The notes under the pieces were generated by a model, which had not been told where the DNA came from, made no database searches, and was given only the letters and a program-made list of their open reading frames with translations. The position numbers and the translations under genes were made by a program. A stretch of 64,000 nucleotides of DNA. Source: Candidatus Multivoradales bacterium. Lineage in GTDB: Bacteria > Acidobacteriota > Thermoanaerobaculia > Multivoradales > J023. The stretch is taken from NCBI GenBank assembly GCA_965248925.1, contig CBDFLE010000005.1, positions 896,001-960,000 on the forward strand, in the 5' to 3' direction. Positions within the stretch are counted from its first letter, which is position 1; the number at the start of each line of letters is the position of its first letter. Positions 1-10,283 of this stretch are shown one piece after another.

Positions 1-1363
1 TCGACAGCTCCGGTGGCTCGTCTTGCAGCTCTCGGGATCGGTCCACGAGCAGCTCTTCGGCGCATGCTTGGCGGGTCAGCTCGGCGTAGGCGCTCAGCTG
101 CCGGGCGCTGATCTGCCGCCAGTCGTAGGTCGCTTCGACCAGGCATCGAGCGTTGCCGGCAAGTTCTGTCCCCAGCGCCTCATCATCCAGCAAATCGAGC
201 GTGGCTCGGGCAAACTCCGCCGCCTGCTCGGCGAGCAGCAGATGCTCCCCTGGCCGCTGCTCGATTCCCTCAGCCCCCAAGGCAGTCGAGACCACCGGCA
301 GGCCGCTGGCAAAGGCTTCGAGAATCTTAAGCCGGGTCCCGGAGCCAGCTCGCATCGGCACCGCCAGCAGCCTATGACTAGCATAGAGGGGCACCACATC
401 GCCGACTTCGCCCAGCACCCGCACACCGTCTCGGCCGTCCAGTTGTAGCACTGTGGCGGGTGGTCGGGCACCCACCACCGACAGTCGAGCACCGGGACGC
501 TGCTGCCGCACCAGAGGCCAGATCTCGGCGATCATCCAGTCGAGAGCATCGAGGTTGGGCAGATGGGGAAAGCTACCCAAGAAAAGCACATCGCGGCGTT
601 CACTCATCGCCAGAGAGGGATGAAAACGCTGGCAATCGACCCCATTCGGCACCACTACCAGCGGCTTGGAGCGCTCCACATGAGGCGCAAAGAAGTGCTG
701 ATCAACCGCGGACATGAAGTGCACTTGCCAGGACTGGTGAGCAGCCCTCACTTCGTGGCGGTAGAGGCGCAACTCGTCGAGCCACGACGCCTCGACCGCA
801 CCGATCTGTCGCCGGCGAGCCAGCGAGCGATAGGCTAGGTCGATCTCCACCAGCACCACTTCAGCCCGGCCGGCGGCAGCCGTCAGATGACCTAGCTCAC
901 TATACTCGAGTTGCAAAATGTCGATCTGGTGTGCCTGCACCAGCGCCGCCACCCTCTCGGCCAACAGCGGGTCGGAGAATGGCAGAGCCTCAGCCGGTCG
1001 CCAGCCCCAAGGATCGGCCGCCGGCTGGCCCGGAACCTGGTGAAAGAACACTCCGCGACACCAGGGCGCCAAAGCGCGCCGTTGCTCGGTATCGTCAGTG
1101 CCGCCAATCAAGATCAGCAGGTAGACATCGACCCGCTCGGCGGCTTCGCGAAGCAGATTGGTGATCCGTACAGCGCCGCCATGGATGGGTGGATGCAAGG
1201 AATACGGACACACCCACAGCAGACGAGATCGCTTGGACGGCACGCTGGGCGTCGCTCGCGGTCGCCGTTGTGGCCTCGGCAAATAGTTACGAAGCGCCCT
1301 CCGGCCTCCCCACCACAGTGCTAGCCAAGCTCTGCCGAAAAGCCTGCGAATAGCCTTATCCAC
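1..1363 (-). CDS. Glycosyltransferase family 4, partial (runs off the left window edge; absent from the ORF track)
   Basis: Manual translation from GTG at 1363 (GAGGA upstream) gives RLLWVCPYSLHPPIHGGAVR and, in the same frame, LAVPMRAGSGTRLKILEAFASGLPVVSTALGAEG. It is a paralogue of the GT4 domain in 6354..9476. Confidence 0.85.
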   Translation of the reverse strand, partial: MDKAIRRLFGRAWLALWWGGRRALRNYLPRPQRRPRATPSVPSKRSRLLWVCPYSLHPPIHGGAVRITNLLREAAERVDVYLLILIGGTDDTEQRRALAPWCRGVFFHQVPGQPAADPWGWRPAEALPFSDPLLAERVAALVQAHQIDILQLEYSELGHLTAAAGRAEVVLVEIDLAYRSLARRRQIGAVEASWLDELRLYRHEVRAAHQSWQVHFMSAVDQHFFAPHVERSKPLVVVPNGVDCQRFHPSLAMSERRDVLFLGSFPHLPNLDALDWMIAEIWPLVRQQRPGARLSVVGARPPATVLQLDGRDGVRVLGEVGDVVPLYASHRLLAVPMRAGSGTRLKILEAFASGLPVVSTALGAEGIEQRPGEHLLLAEQAAEFARATLDLLDDEALGTELAGNARCLVEATYDWRQISARQLSAYAELTRQACAEELLVDRSRELQDEPPELS

Positions 1364-1562
1364 CCGTCCTCAGCCGTCGTACAGGCCCAGCGCCTGGGGA
1401 ACCTGTCGTTCGAGGAGATCTTGAATCATCTAGGGTCTCTCCGCTGAATTTACCCGGAAGTATGCCTTGATAGTCGCACGGTAGGCGATCAACTGCGAGG
1501 GAATTCGCCCTCCCTATCGATCACCCCGCCTTGGTGACCGCTGTAGCCAGTATGCTCTTGCC

Positions 1563-2222
1563 ATGAGCAGAATCTCCTCTCCCTATCGCCTGATCATCTT
1601 CGACTGGGACGGTACCTTGCGCGACTCGGTCGGCACCATTGTCGGCTGCGCGCAAGCAGCTCTCGAAGAACTCGGCTTGGGGGCCGACCCCGACGGCATC
1701 CGCCAGACCATCGGTCTCGCTCTCGCCGCGGCCATTCCCAGTTGGTCGCCAGGGTTAGCCAGAGAACGAGTGGCGGCAGTACGCGAACGCTACATCCATC
1801 ATTGGATTCACCATTGGAACGATCGCGCCGAGTTCTTTGCCGGGGTCCCGGAACTGCTCGACCGCCTGGCCGAGCGTGACTTGCTGCTCGCCGTCGCCAC
1901 CGGCAAAGGCCGTCGCGGCCTCGATGTCGATATGCAGCGCTCGCAAGTCGAACAGCAGTTCCACGCCACCCGCACCAGCGACGACTGCGCCGCCAAGCCG
2001 GCGCCGCAGATGGTGTTGGAGATTCTGGACGAACTCGGCGTGCGAGCCGCTGATGCCTTGGTGGTCGGCGATACTACTCACGACTTGCAGATGGCCGCCA
2101 ATGCTGATGTCGATGCCCTGGCGGTCGCCGGAGGGGCGATGCCAGCCGAGGTCTTGCAGCCTCTAGCGCTCGATTGTCTAGCCAACGTCTGTGAGCTGGA
2201 TCGCTGGCTGGATCGCAGATAA
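1563..2222 (+). CDS. HAD-superfamily hydrolase (phosphoglycolate phosphatase-like)
   Basis: Motif I FDWDGTL, motif II VATGK, motif III KP and motif IV VGDTTHD. TATGCT lies 6 nt before the ATG, suggesting a leaderless mRNA. Confidence 0.9.
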   Translation: MSRISSPYRLIIFDWDGTLRDSVGTIVGCAQAALEELGLGADPDGIRQTIGLALAAAIPSWSPGLARERVAAVRERYIHHWIHHWNDRAEFFAGVPELLDRLAERDLLLAVATGKGRRGLDVDMQRSQVEQQFHATRTSDDCAAKPAPQMVLEILDELGVRAADALVVGDTTHDLQMAANADVDALAVAGGAMPAEVLQPLALDCLANVCELDRWLDRR

Positions 2223-2497
2223 AAAAACCAGGTCTACGGTGAATAAGCGACCACCTATAGCCGTACTCAGAATTACCGTTTGACAAGCTACCGACAAGAC
2301 AATAAGGTACCACAAGCGCGTAATGGTTAGCCTTTCTTCAATATATGTAAGCCTTCGAATCTTGTACATTAAGTAATTGATTTTCTAGCAATTTTAGAGG
2401 GCTTGAGTCACAGCCGCTCCGATGCTGAGCGTACAATAGGAGAGAACTCTGGCACAGGAGTTCCCTCATTTATTCTCTTAACTCAAGTAGGTGAAAA

Positions 2498-5400
2498 ATG
2501 GTATCCAGCAACTTCGGTCGATCCTCTGCCAGGACTCTCTGTTTGCTCCTATTGCTGACTTGTTCGCCATTGACCTCGGCGGCAGAGCAGCCCACCAAAC
2601 CTTCGTCCGATGAGGAGCGACATTCCCAACACCAGCATAGCCTTGCGGAACTACCTCTTCTGGTCCTTGGCGCGGACAGTTTCTCTCCGCCAGAAGACGA
2701 GATCCAAGACCCGCCAGGGGAAAGCTCGAGCAAAGCCCAGGCGACTACTTTTCATACTGCCGCCGGGCACAGCGGTAGTGGGCAGCCGGCCCCCCAGAGC
2801 CATCTATCGGTCGGCAGCAGTACCAGCTATCGAATCCTGCTCGATCTCCCCGACGATGAGTCGGTTCTGGCAGCCTATGGCGCGGGCCTAGAAACCGCCA
2901 GTCGAAGCCGCCAAGAATATCTGGTAGCCGATTGGATCTTGGAGCAACTTCTCGACCGCGCGTTCGATGTAGAGCTACTGGGAGGAGTGACCACGCATAC
3001 TTTTGTCCGGCCGAACCTCGGCGAGCTGGCGCGCCCTGGAACTGACGGCTTCCCTGCAATTGTCACCCGCGGTACTTCGAATTTCACCATCGGCAGCGGC
3101 ACCGTCAATGATCCGATCCCTGATCAGGGCTTTACTTGGCGCTGGGTACGAGTCGGCGGCGGTAGCACGGCACCGACAGGTTCCACGACCACCAACCTCG
3201 AGTACCGCCTCAGGATTCACAAGGATTCCGATCCCGGATCGATCTACTGCGGCGACTTTGAGATTTACCTGTCATCGAGCGCCAGGGGAGGGGCGGTCGC
3301 AGAGCATCTGGTCTACAACAATCTAGGAGCCCGCACCGACGGCGGTTTCGATGACGACGCCGCTGACGACGCCGATATCTATATCAACTTCCGCGATAGC
3401 AGCTACTTCAATGGCGAAGATCCGAACCAGCAGTGGTATGTCTATATCCGCGACACCCTCGCCCAGGACACGGGTTTTCTTCAATACATCGAGTTCAGAG
3501 TTCATTGGCAAGCACCAGCAGTGGATCTGGTGGCGACCGATGTTTACTTCAGAAGTCAACCGCAAAATGGGGGCACCCTCGTCTCCAGTCCGGCAGTTGG
3601 CCAGCAGCTCTACGCCCATTTCGCCTATACGGTCAGCGCCTCTAGTAGCGTTCCCGACACCAACTGGCGGCTGGAGTTGCCGCTGAGTTCGCAGACCCTT
3701 TGCACCTTTTCCGGAACCGAACCCGCAGGTCCCAGAGTTGGTTGGTGCAACTCCCCTTGGACAGTCAGCGCTGGCACCCACAGTCTCCACGGCGAGCTGG
3801 ACTATCTCAATCTAGTCGATGAAACTAACGAGAACAACAACGAGCGGTTTCAGAACTACATCGTTAGCAGCTCGGAGCCCGACATTAGGATCGCCCCTTT
3901 GTCGCTCAGTTTTGGTAGCAGTAGTGGAATACCGATCTTCATGGAGCTAGATTGGATGGCGACCGGCAGCCACTCCCACCGGCCCTCCCAATCGGTAGTC
4001 GATTCGGTGATCGCTAGCTTCGCCGCCGCCGGTTTTGACTTGACTGTCGATATCAGCAACTCGATCCCTCACCAAGCAACCATCGATATCACTACAAGCC
4101 CCTCCCAATCGCCGGACGTTCTAGCAATCATCGCCAACCACTTCGATCACGAGGCCGACAACCGCTACTTCTACAGCCTGTGGGTTCACAACTACAGCCG
4201 CAACGGTGCATCCACCTCGAGTTCCGGCATAGGCGACCTACCGGGCCGCGTTCATCTAGTCTCGCTGGGTTCCTTCACCGGGCAGGTGGGAACCTCCAGC
4301 CACCAATCGGGAACTCTTATCCACGAATTCGGCCACAACCTCGGCCAGAAACATGGCGGTTCCGATCACGAGAACTACAAGCCGAACTACCTCAGTTCGA
4401 TGAACTACCACTACCAGCTCCGTGGCATAGCAACTTCTTTAATCAGCCTTAATCTCACCAACGACGCCACGGGTTTCCGTGAGTTCGACTACTCCTATGG
4501 CGACCAGAGTCCGCTGAATGAGAACGCGCTCGACGAAGGTGTCGGCATCGGCCTTGGCCTGGCGGTAGATTGGGATTGTGACGGAAACATCGAGAACTCG
4601 GTTGCCAAAGATATACAAACATCCAATTGGTGCCTGGCAGACAGTTTTCGTTCGACTATTCGGGACTTCGACAACTGGGCGAATGTCAACCTGTTTCTGC
4701 GAAACGCTGCTAGCCCCAGGATCGAACCGAACGCACAACCGTCGCTGCCCTGCATAGGATGGGAAGAATTCTCGGCCAGCTTGCGGCAGGCTGGGCCAGG
4801 CAATGTGCTGCCAAGATCTACTCCAAGCCAGCAGACAGCCGTCCGAGGCAGCTCGCAAGTCTTCACCATCTTCAATGACGGCGATGCTTCACTGACTGTC
4901 ACTAGTATAGCCTTGGACTCTCCGGCCTCTTGGATTTCCTGGTCCCCAGCAGGCGGATTTACCATTCCCCAAGGAGCCTCGCGACAAGTTTCGGTAACTG
5001 TCGATCTGGCCAACGCTCCCACCGGCAACACGACGCGGCGGCTGTTGGTACATTCAAATGACCCCGACGAGAGCCCCTATCCAGGGGGCATTTTCCTCCA
5101 GATCAGCAGACCGACCAGCGCGCCGGATCTGGTGGTCGAATCGCCATCCGTCAGTGCTTCGCTGTTGGCGCCGGGGCAATCCTATACTCTGAGCCTGACC
5201 ACTAAGAACCAAGGCAACGCCACCTCCCCCTCGATCAGCGGCGGGCTTCACTACTTGTTGTCGAGCAACCCGTCGATCACTCTTGCAGATCTTGAAATGT
5301 CTACCGACTCCGTCAGTTCCCTGGCTCCTGGTCAGACCGATCCGGATTCTGATGTCAGTTCGGCACCTTCGGTTCCCGGGACCTACTGGGTGGGAGGCTG

Positions 5401-6199
5401 TGTAGACACGGTCGCAGGAGAGAGCACCACCACCAATCAATGCTCCGTAGGGGTTCAAATCACAGTGCAGCCGCCAGCGGGCAACGCACCCAATGTCGGC
5501 GTCTATCGTAGCGGCACTTGGGTGCTGGACAGTGACGGCAATCAAAGTTGGAGTGCTGGGGTCGACGCCGTTTTCGGATTCGGCCAGCCCACTGACCGAG
5601 CGGTGGCCGGAGATTGGAATGGCAACGGCGTCGACCATGCGGGGATCTTTCGCAGCGGACTGTGGATACTCGATATTGACGGTAGTCAGAGCTGGACTCC
5701 CGGAGTCGATGTCGTATTCGGTTTCGGCCAGCCGACCGATCTGCCAATCGTCGGCGACTGGAACGGCGACGGTAGGGATCAGGTAGGGATATTTCGTGCC
5801 GGTCTGTGGATTCTGGACTCCGATGGGAACCGCGGCTGGACCCCGGGGGTCGACGCGGTGTTCACCTACGGCATCGCGGCAGATCTGCCCGTGAGCGGAG
5901 ACTGGAATGCGACGGGTGCCGACCGAGTGGGAATCTTCCGTCAGGGAACCTGGGTCCTGGATAGTGACGGAAACCACCGCTATACCGCTGGGGTTGATGC
6001 CGTTTTTGGATTCGGCGGCGCAGCGAATCTACCCGTGACTGGCGATTGGAATGACGACGGGGTCGACGATCCGGGCTTGTTCAGCTCCGGAACTTGGATC
6101 TTGGATAGTGACGGAAGTCGCAATTGGACTCCCGGCATCGATTCTGTATTCGGCTACGGCAGAGCGGCCGATCAGCCGCTTGTCGGCAACTGGCCCTGA
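2498..6199 (+). CDS. Large secreted multidomain protein: metzincin-type Zn peptidase, CARDB/Ig-like domains and C-terminal FG-GAP-like repeats
   Basis: Signal peptide (LCLLLLLTCSPLTSAA); HEFGHNLGQKH (HExxHxxGxxH); CARDB-like DLV...ETNENNN and PDLVV...ESTTTNQC; about five ~47-aa GDWNGxG repeats. Confidence 0.8.
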   Translation: MVSSNFGRSSARTLCLLLLLTCSPLTSAAEQPTKPSSDEERHSQHQHSLAELPLLVLGADSFSPPEDEIQDPPGESSSKAQATTFHTAAGHSGSGQPAPQSHLSVGSSTSYRILLDLPDDESVLAAYGAGLETASRSRQEYLVADWILEQLLDRAFDVELLGGVTTHTFVRPNLGELARPGTDGFPAIVTRGTSNFTIGSGTVNDPIPDQGFTWRWVRVGGGSTAPTGSTTTNLEYRLRIHKDSDPGSIYCGDFEIYLSSSARGGAVAEHLVYNNLGARTDGGFDDDAADDADIYINFRDSSYFNGEDPNQQWYVYIRDTLAQDTGFLQYIEFRVHWQAPAVDLVATDVYFRSQPQNGGTLVSSPAVGQQLYAHFAYTVSASSSVPDTNWRLELPLSSQTLCTFSGTEPAGPRVGWCNSPWTVSAGTHSLHGELDYLNLVDETNENNNERFQNYIVSSSEPDIRIAPLSLSFGSSSGIPIFMELDWMATGSHSHRPSQSVVDSVIASFAAAGFDLTVDISNSIPHQATIDITTSPSQSPDVLAIIANHFDHEADNRYFYSLWVHNYSRNGASTSSSGIGDLPGRVHLVSLGSFTGQVGTSSHQSGTLIHEFGHNLGQKHGGSDHENYKPNYLSSMNYHYQLRGIATSLISLNLTNDATGFREFDYSYGDQSPLNENALDEGVGIGLGLAVDWDCDGNIENSVAKDIQTSNWCLADSFRSTIRDFDNWANVNLFLRNAASPRIEPNAQPSLPCIGWEEFSASLRQAGPGNVLPRSTPSQQTAVRGSSQVFTIFNDGDASLTVTSIALDSPASWISWSPAGGFTIPQGASRQVSVTVDLANAPTGNTTRRLLVHSNDPDESPYPGGIFLQISRPTSAPDLVVESPSVSASLLAPGQSYTLSLTTKNQGNATSPSISGGLHYLLSSNPSITLADLEMSTDSVSSLAPGQTDPDSDVSSAPSVPGTYWVGGCVDTVAGESTTTNQCSVGVQITVQPPAGNAPNVGVYRSGTWVLDSDGNQSWSAGVDAVFGFGQPTDRAVAGDWNGNGVDHAGIFRSGLWILDIDGSQSWTPGVDVVFGFGQPTDLPIVGDWNGDGRDQVGIFRAGLWILDSDGNRGWTPGVDAVFTYGIAADLPVSGDWNATGADRVGIFRQGTWVLDSDGNHRYTAGVDAVFGFGGAANLPVTGDWNDDGVDDPGLFSSGTWILDSDGSRNWTPGIDSVFGYGRAADQPLVGNWP

Positions 6200-6353
6200 T
6201 CAATCCATCAACGTGGAAGAGCCACCGAATAGTACTCGGTGGCTCTTCCACAGGCCCCAAACAAGGAAGATCGCCGAGGCTAGAAAGCTATGGCCGGGGA
6301 AACGAAACCCAACTGGCCCGCCCGCTGAGCAGCAGAGACCGCAAGCTGCGGTC

Positions 6354-9300
6354 CTAGTGCAGCACCTGCCGCCCGAAGTGGTTGCCCCACCACAGCGCGA
6401 CCGGTCGCAGCATGGGAAAGAGCAGCGCCGCCGGTCGCCAGGCGCGACCGCGAAGCAAGCCCTTGGCTAGCTCTAGCCAAACCCGACCGATGAGCAGGTC
6501 GTGCGCTAGGTCTTTGGCGCTGTAACTCTCGCCCAGCAGGCGCCAGCCAAAACCCTCGCTGTAGCACCGCCGCACAAGCGAGCGTAGATCGTAGTCGTGG
6601 GTGTGCAGCACCGCTGCCTGGTGAGCGCTGTCGATCCGTAAACCAGCTTCGGTGGCGCGCCGCTGCCATTTCTTGTCTTCCATGATCTCTGCATAGCCGA
6701 AGGGCAGCTGGCGCCAGACCTCGGTGCGCAGGGCGGCGTTGACGGTCGAGAAACCCACCCCCGCGAAGCGCTCGATCCAGCCCTCGGACTCGCGAGTGAA
6801 ATAAAACCGCTGACCGCAGGAATCCCAGAAGAAACGGGCGACGCCACTGCCCTGCTCGAATTCTCGAATGCCCCCCTGGACCGCCGCCGGAGGATCCTCA
6901 GCAAACAACGGCGCGGTGAGGCCATCGAGCCAATTTTGGTCGGCTGGAACCGCGTCCTGGTTGAGGAAAACGATGACCTCTCCCCGGGCCAGAGCCGCAC
7001 CACGGTCGCGGGTCAGTCCGTGGTTGAAAGTGCTGCGATCAATCGGCTGAATGCGCACCCCATGGCGACGCATGGTTTCCAAGTCAGCAGCGCTCGAACC
7101 TGAATCGACACAAATCACTTCCCAACTGCGTGGGCATTGCTGCTCGGTGATCGCTTGCAGACTGCGCTCGAACAACTCGCCACCGTTTAGAGTTGGATAG
7201 ACGATCGAGATGTCGACCCGATCACTGGCGGCGGCAGACTCGGCGGCAAACCGGGCGATCTCCACCGCCGGTGCCGGCGGCGGTTGCTCCGGTAGCAGCT
7301 GATGCAGCGCGGCCAGATGGACAGCGGCGGAATGGCGCCAGTCATGGCGCTCTTTGACCCACCGCGAGGCAGCGCCGGCTAGCTTGGCACCCAATTCGCG
7401 GTCGTCGAGCAAGCGGAGGATCGCCGCGGCGAAAGCGGGAGCCGCATCGGCGATCAAAAGATGCTCGTCGGCGCTGCAATCGATACCTTCCGCGCCCAGG
7501 GTGGTCGAAACTGCTGGGATCTCGGCAGCGAAGGCCTCGAACAACTTCAAGCGGGTGCCGGAGCCTGCCCGAATCGGCACCGCCAATACCCGGTGGCGGT
7601 GGTAAAAGGGCCGCAGCTCGGGCACCGCTCCGAGCGCCGCGACCCCTTCGCGCCGACCGTGGGCGCGCACTTCCTCGGGCATTTCGGCGCCGACCAAGGT
7701 CAGCTCGGCGCTGCCGTTGCCCTGCCGCACCAGCGGCCACACCTCGGCCATGAACCAAGTCACAGCATCCACATTGGGCAGGTTCTGATAGTTGCCGACA
7801 ATCAAGATACCGTTCCGCTCGAGGGGTGGCTGCGGCGGGCGGTAGAAAGCACAATCGACCGCGTTGGGCACGACCACGATCCGGCGTCCACCATCGCCTA
7901 AGAAGGAGGCCAAGTAGGCACCATCGTCCGCCGACATGGCGTGTACTTGGTCAACTTGCCGGCAAGACCTCACCTCATGCCGCAGCATGCGCATCCAGTC
8001 ACCATGGCTAGCGCCGAAAGCCCGACTGTCGGGATAGCGACGGTGAAAACCCAAGCTGCGGCGGCGGCGGAAGGAGCGGAAGGTGACGTCTTCTTCGACC
8101 AGCAAGACCGCTACCTCGGGCACCACTCGGCGATACGAGGCCAACTCTGTATTCTCCAGATGCAGCACTTCGATTCCCTGGCAATAAACTAAGTCGCGAA
8201 TCTTCTCCGCCACCCGATGCGAGCCGAAGAGACGAGAATTGGGCGGCTCCAGGGTCCACCAGGGATGCTCGAACGATGGTTCCCAATGATGTTGGTGGAC
8301 CACCACCCCCAGGGCTTCTAGAGCACTTCGCTGCTCATCCCCTGGCTCACGATCGAAAATCAACAGGTGGATATCCGCGTCTTCGGCGAGCAGCCGGATC
8401 AGGTTGTAGAGCCGCACCGCGCCGCCATGATTCGGCGGGTAGATGCGGTAGGGCATGACGATCAGCAAGCGAGGACGGCGCTGTCGATCGACCACCGGCG
8501 GCGGCAGGGCGACCGCCGCCGGAGTGCCGAGAAAACGGCGTAGTGCCGCCGCGACTCGGGTGCTGGTGGTATCGAACCACAACCACAGCCACAAGCCGAG
8601 GCGGCCGGCTGGTCGCAGGGTCGCAGCCACCAAAGTGCCGCACAGACCGAGCAGGACCAACGGCCGGCGCAACAACCCAAGGAAAATGGCCAGCGCTCTC
8701 CCTAACCCGCGGCGTAGCTGGCCCCACTTTTGCCACGAGCGATAAAAGCGCGATTGGTGGATCGCCGTCAGCTCTTGCTGCTGCGCTGCCAGAGTCTGCC
8801 GCAGGCCCTGCTCCTCGGCGGATAAGATGCGGGCGTAGCGTGGATCGCGAATCGGCTGGCACCACCACTGGCCGAGCCCTGGCGGCGGCTCGCCTTCCCA
8901 AACCTCGACTCTTTCAAAGCCGCCATCACCCAGGTGCAAACGACCGCGCAGGCCAAGGTGGGTGAGGAGCTCGCCGCGGGCAGTGGCACTGCCGACGCTC
9001 AGCTTGTCGGCCCGGTCGAACAGCCAGCCCAGTCCGGCCCACCAGCGGTAGCACCCCGCAGCATCCACCTCGGCGGTCGGCGCCGCCGCTAACCAATCTG
9101 TTGTCGAGGCCGATAGATCGACCCACAGAGGACGCAGCGCCACCACCTGAGCCGCCACTACCGCCGGCAGCAGGCCAATTCCGCCGATGGCATCCGGCTG
9201 CGCTTGGTGCAGAACTTGGTCGAGCCGCTCGGGATGTTCGAAAAAGCTGCTCGGCACCTGGCAGACCCGCAATCCTTCGCGCGGCGACAGTGCATCGGCG

Positions 9301-9476
9301 GCGGCCTCTTCCGCCGCCGCGTAGACCACGGTCAGTCGGTATCCGGCAGCGAGCAGCGCATCGACCGCTTGCCGCAGGCGCCCGGCTTCTGGCGACTGGG
9401 CTGGGTCGTCCAACCAAGCCAAGGCTGCTGGCTGCTGGCAGAAGAGCAAGAAGCTCGAGCGATCTTCTTCACTCAC
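6354..9476 (-). CDS. Fused GT4 + GT2 glycosyltransferase
   Basis: GT4 motif VPIRAGSGTRLKLFEAFAA; C-terminal GT2 (rhamnosyltransferase-like) VDSGSS...FNHGLTRD...FLNQDAVP...ED. Confidence 0.9.
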   Translation of the reverse strand: MSEEDRSSFLLFCQQPAALAWLDDPAQSPEAGRLRQAVDALLAAGYRLTVVYAAAEEAAADALSPREGLRVCQVPSSFFEHPERLDQVLHQAQPDAIGGIGLLPAVVAAQVVALRPLWVDLSASTTDWLAAAPTAEVDAAGCYRWWAGLGWLFDRADKLSVGSATARGELLTHLGLRGRLHLGDGGFERVEVWEGEPPPGLGQWWCQPIRDPRYARILSAEEQGLRQTLAAQQQELTAIHQSRFYRSWQKWGQLRRGLGRALAIFLGLLRRPLVLLGLCGTLVAATLRPAGRLGLWLWLWFDTTSTRVAAALRRFLGTPAAVALPPPVVDRQRRPRLLIVMPYRIYPPNHGGAVRLYNLIRLLAEDADIHLLIFDREPGDEQRSALEALGVVVHQHHWEPSFEHPWWTLEPPNSRLFGSHRVAEKIRDLVYCQGIEVLHLENTELASYRRVVPEVAVLLVEEDVTFRSFRRRRSLGFHRRYPDSRAFGASHGDWMRMLRHEVRSCRQVDQVHAMSADDGAYLASFLGDGGRRIVVVPNAVDCAFYRPPQPPLERNGILIVGNYQNLPNVDAVTWFMAEVWPLVRQGNGSAELTLVGAEMPEEVRAHGRREGVAALGAVPELRPFYHRHRVLAVPIRAGSGTRLKLFEAFAAEIPAVSTTLGAEGIDCSADEHLLIADAAPAFAAAILRLLDDRELGAKLAGAASRWVKERHDWRHSAAVHLAALHQLLPEQPPPAPAVEIARFAAESAAASDRVDISIVYPTLNGGELFERSLQAITEQQCPRSWEVICVDSGSSAADLETMRRHGVRIQPIDRSTFNHGLTRDRGAALARGEVIVFLNQDAVPADQNWLDGLTAPLFAEDPPAAVQGGIREFEQGSGVARFFWDSCGQRFYFTRESEGWIERFAGVGFSTVNAALRTEVWRQLPFGYAEIMEDKKWQRRATEAGLRIDSAHQAAVLHTHDYDLRSLVRRCYSEGFGWRLLGESYSAKDLAHDLLIGRVWLELAKGLLRGRAWRPAALLFPMLRPVALWWGNHFGRQVLH

Positions 9477-10272
9477 CCCGAATTCCCCTCTTGCCTCGCG
9501 TTAGCTCCTCCAGCTCTCGCCGCGCCAACTCATCCAAAGCCGGGCTGTGGTAGAGACCGCGGTACCTGGCCCAGCCCATCCGACCCAGATCGCCGAGCAT
9601 CTGCAACGAGTCCACCACCAAGCGCACCGATGAAGTCTCGTTGGCCCGCAGGCGAACCGGAATGCGCTTGATGTCGAGATGGTGAATCAGCGCCATGTAG
9701 ACCAACTCGACATCAAAAGCGAAGCGCTCCACCCGACCGCGGCGGAACAGCTCCTCGGCGATATCGGCGCGAAACGCCTTCAAACCGCATTGGGTGTCGA
9801 AGAATCCACCGGTCACTACGCGGCCGACTAAGGAGGAAAATACCCGCGAAGCCAGCCGCCGCCGCCAACCAAGATCCTCGGCGTAGCGCGATCCTGGCAA
9901 GGTACGGTCGCCGATCACCATGTGAAATCCCCTTTGCAGAATCAGCTCCGCCGCCAGCAACAGAGGTTCTACCCCGTAGGGTAGATCGGCATCGGTGAAC
10001 AGCCGCACCCGTCCGCGAGCGGCCAGCATGCCAGTTCGCACCGCCGCCCCCTTGCCGGCATTGTCCGGCAAAGCGAGCAGGCGCACTTGCACCCCGTCGC
10101 ACCACGGTCCGTTCACCAGGTCACCGCCGCCATCGTCGACCACGAGAACTTCGAAACTCTCTCCACGAGCGCTCAACACCTCCTGTAAGTGAGCTGCGGA
10201 AGCCATCGCCAGGACACCGGTGCGGTAGCACGGTAAGATGATCGACAGCTGAGGTGAAGGAGAGGATTTCAT
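9469..10272 (-). CDS. GT2 polyprenol-phosphate glycosyltransferase (DPM/DPG synthase-like)
   Basis: LSIILPCY, VVDDG, NAGKGAAVRTG, FTDADL, DTQCGLKAF, FAFDVE. Confidence 0.9.
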   Translation of the reverse strand: MKSSPSPQLSIILPCYRTGVLAMASAAHLQEVLSARGESFEVLVVDDGGGDLVNGPWCDGVQVRLLALPDNAGKGAAVRTGMLAARGRVRLFTDADLPYGVEPLLLAAELILQRGFHMVIGDRTLPGSRYAEDLGWRRRLASRVFSSLVGRVVTGGFFDTQCGLKAFRADIAEELFRRGRVERFAFDVELVYMALIHHLDIKRIPVRLRANETSSVRLVVDSLQMLGDLGRMGWARYRGLYHSPALDELARRELEELTRGKRGIRGE

Positions 10273-10283
10273 CGCTCAGCAAC

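Noticed and set aside
1364-1429. In-frame ATG and TGA upstream of the first glycosyltransferase (readthrough or selenocysteine)
   Set aside because: A GTG with a GAGGA RBS directly after the TGA explains the gene; no support for recoding.
5490-6199. ~141-bp periodic DNA repeats as a non-coding array
   Set aside because: They are in-frame protein repeats with synonymous divergence.
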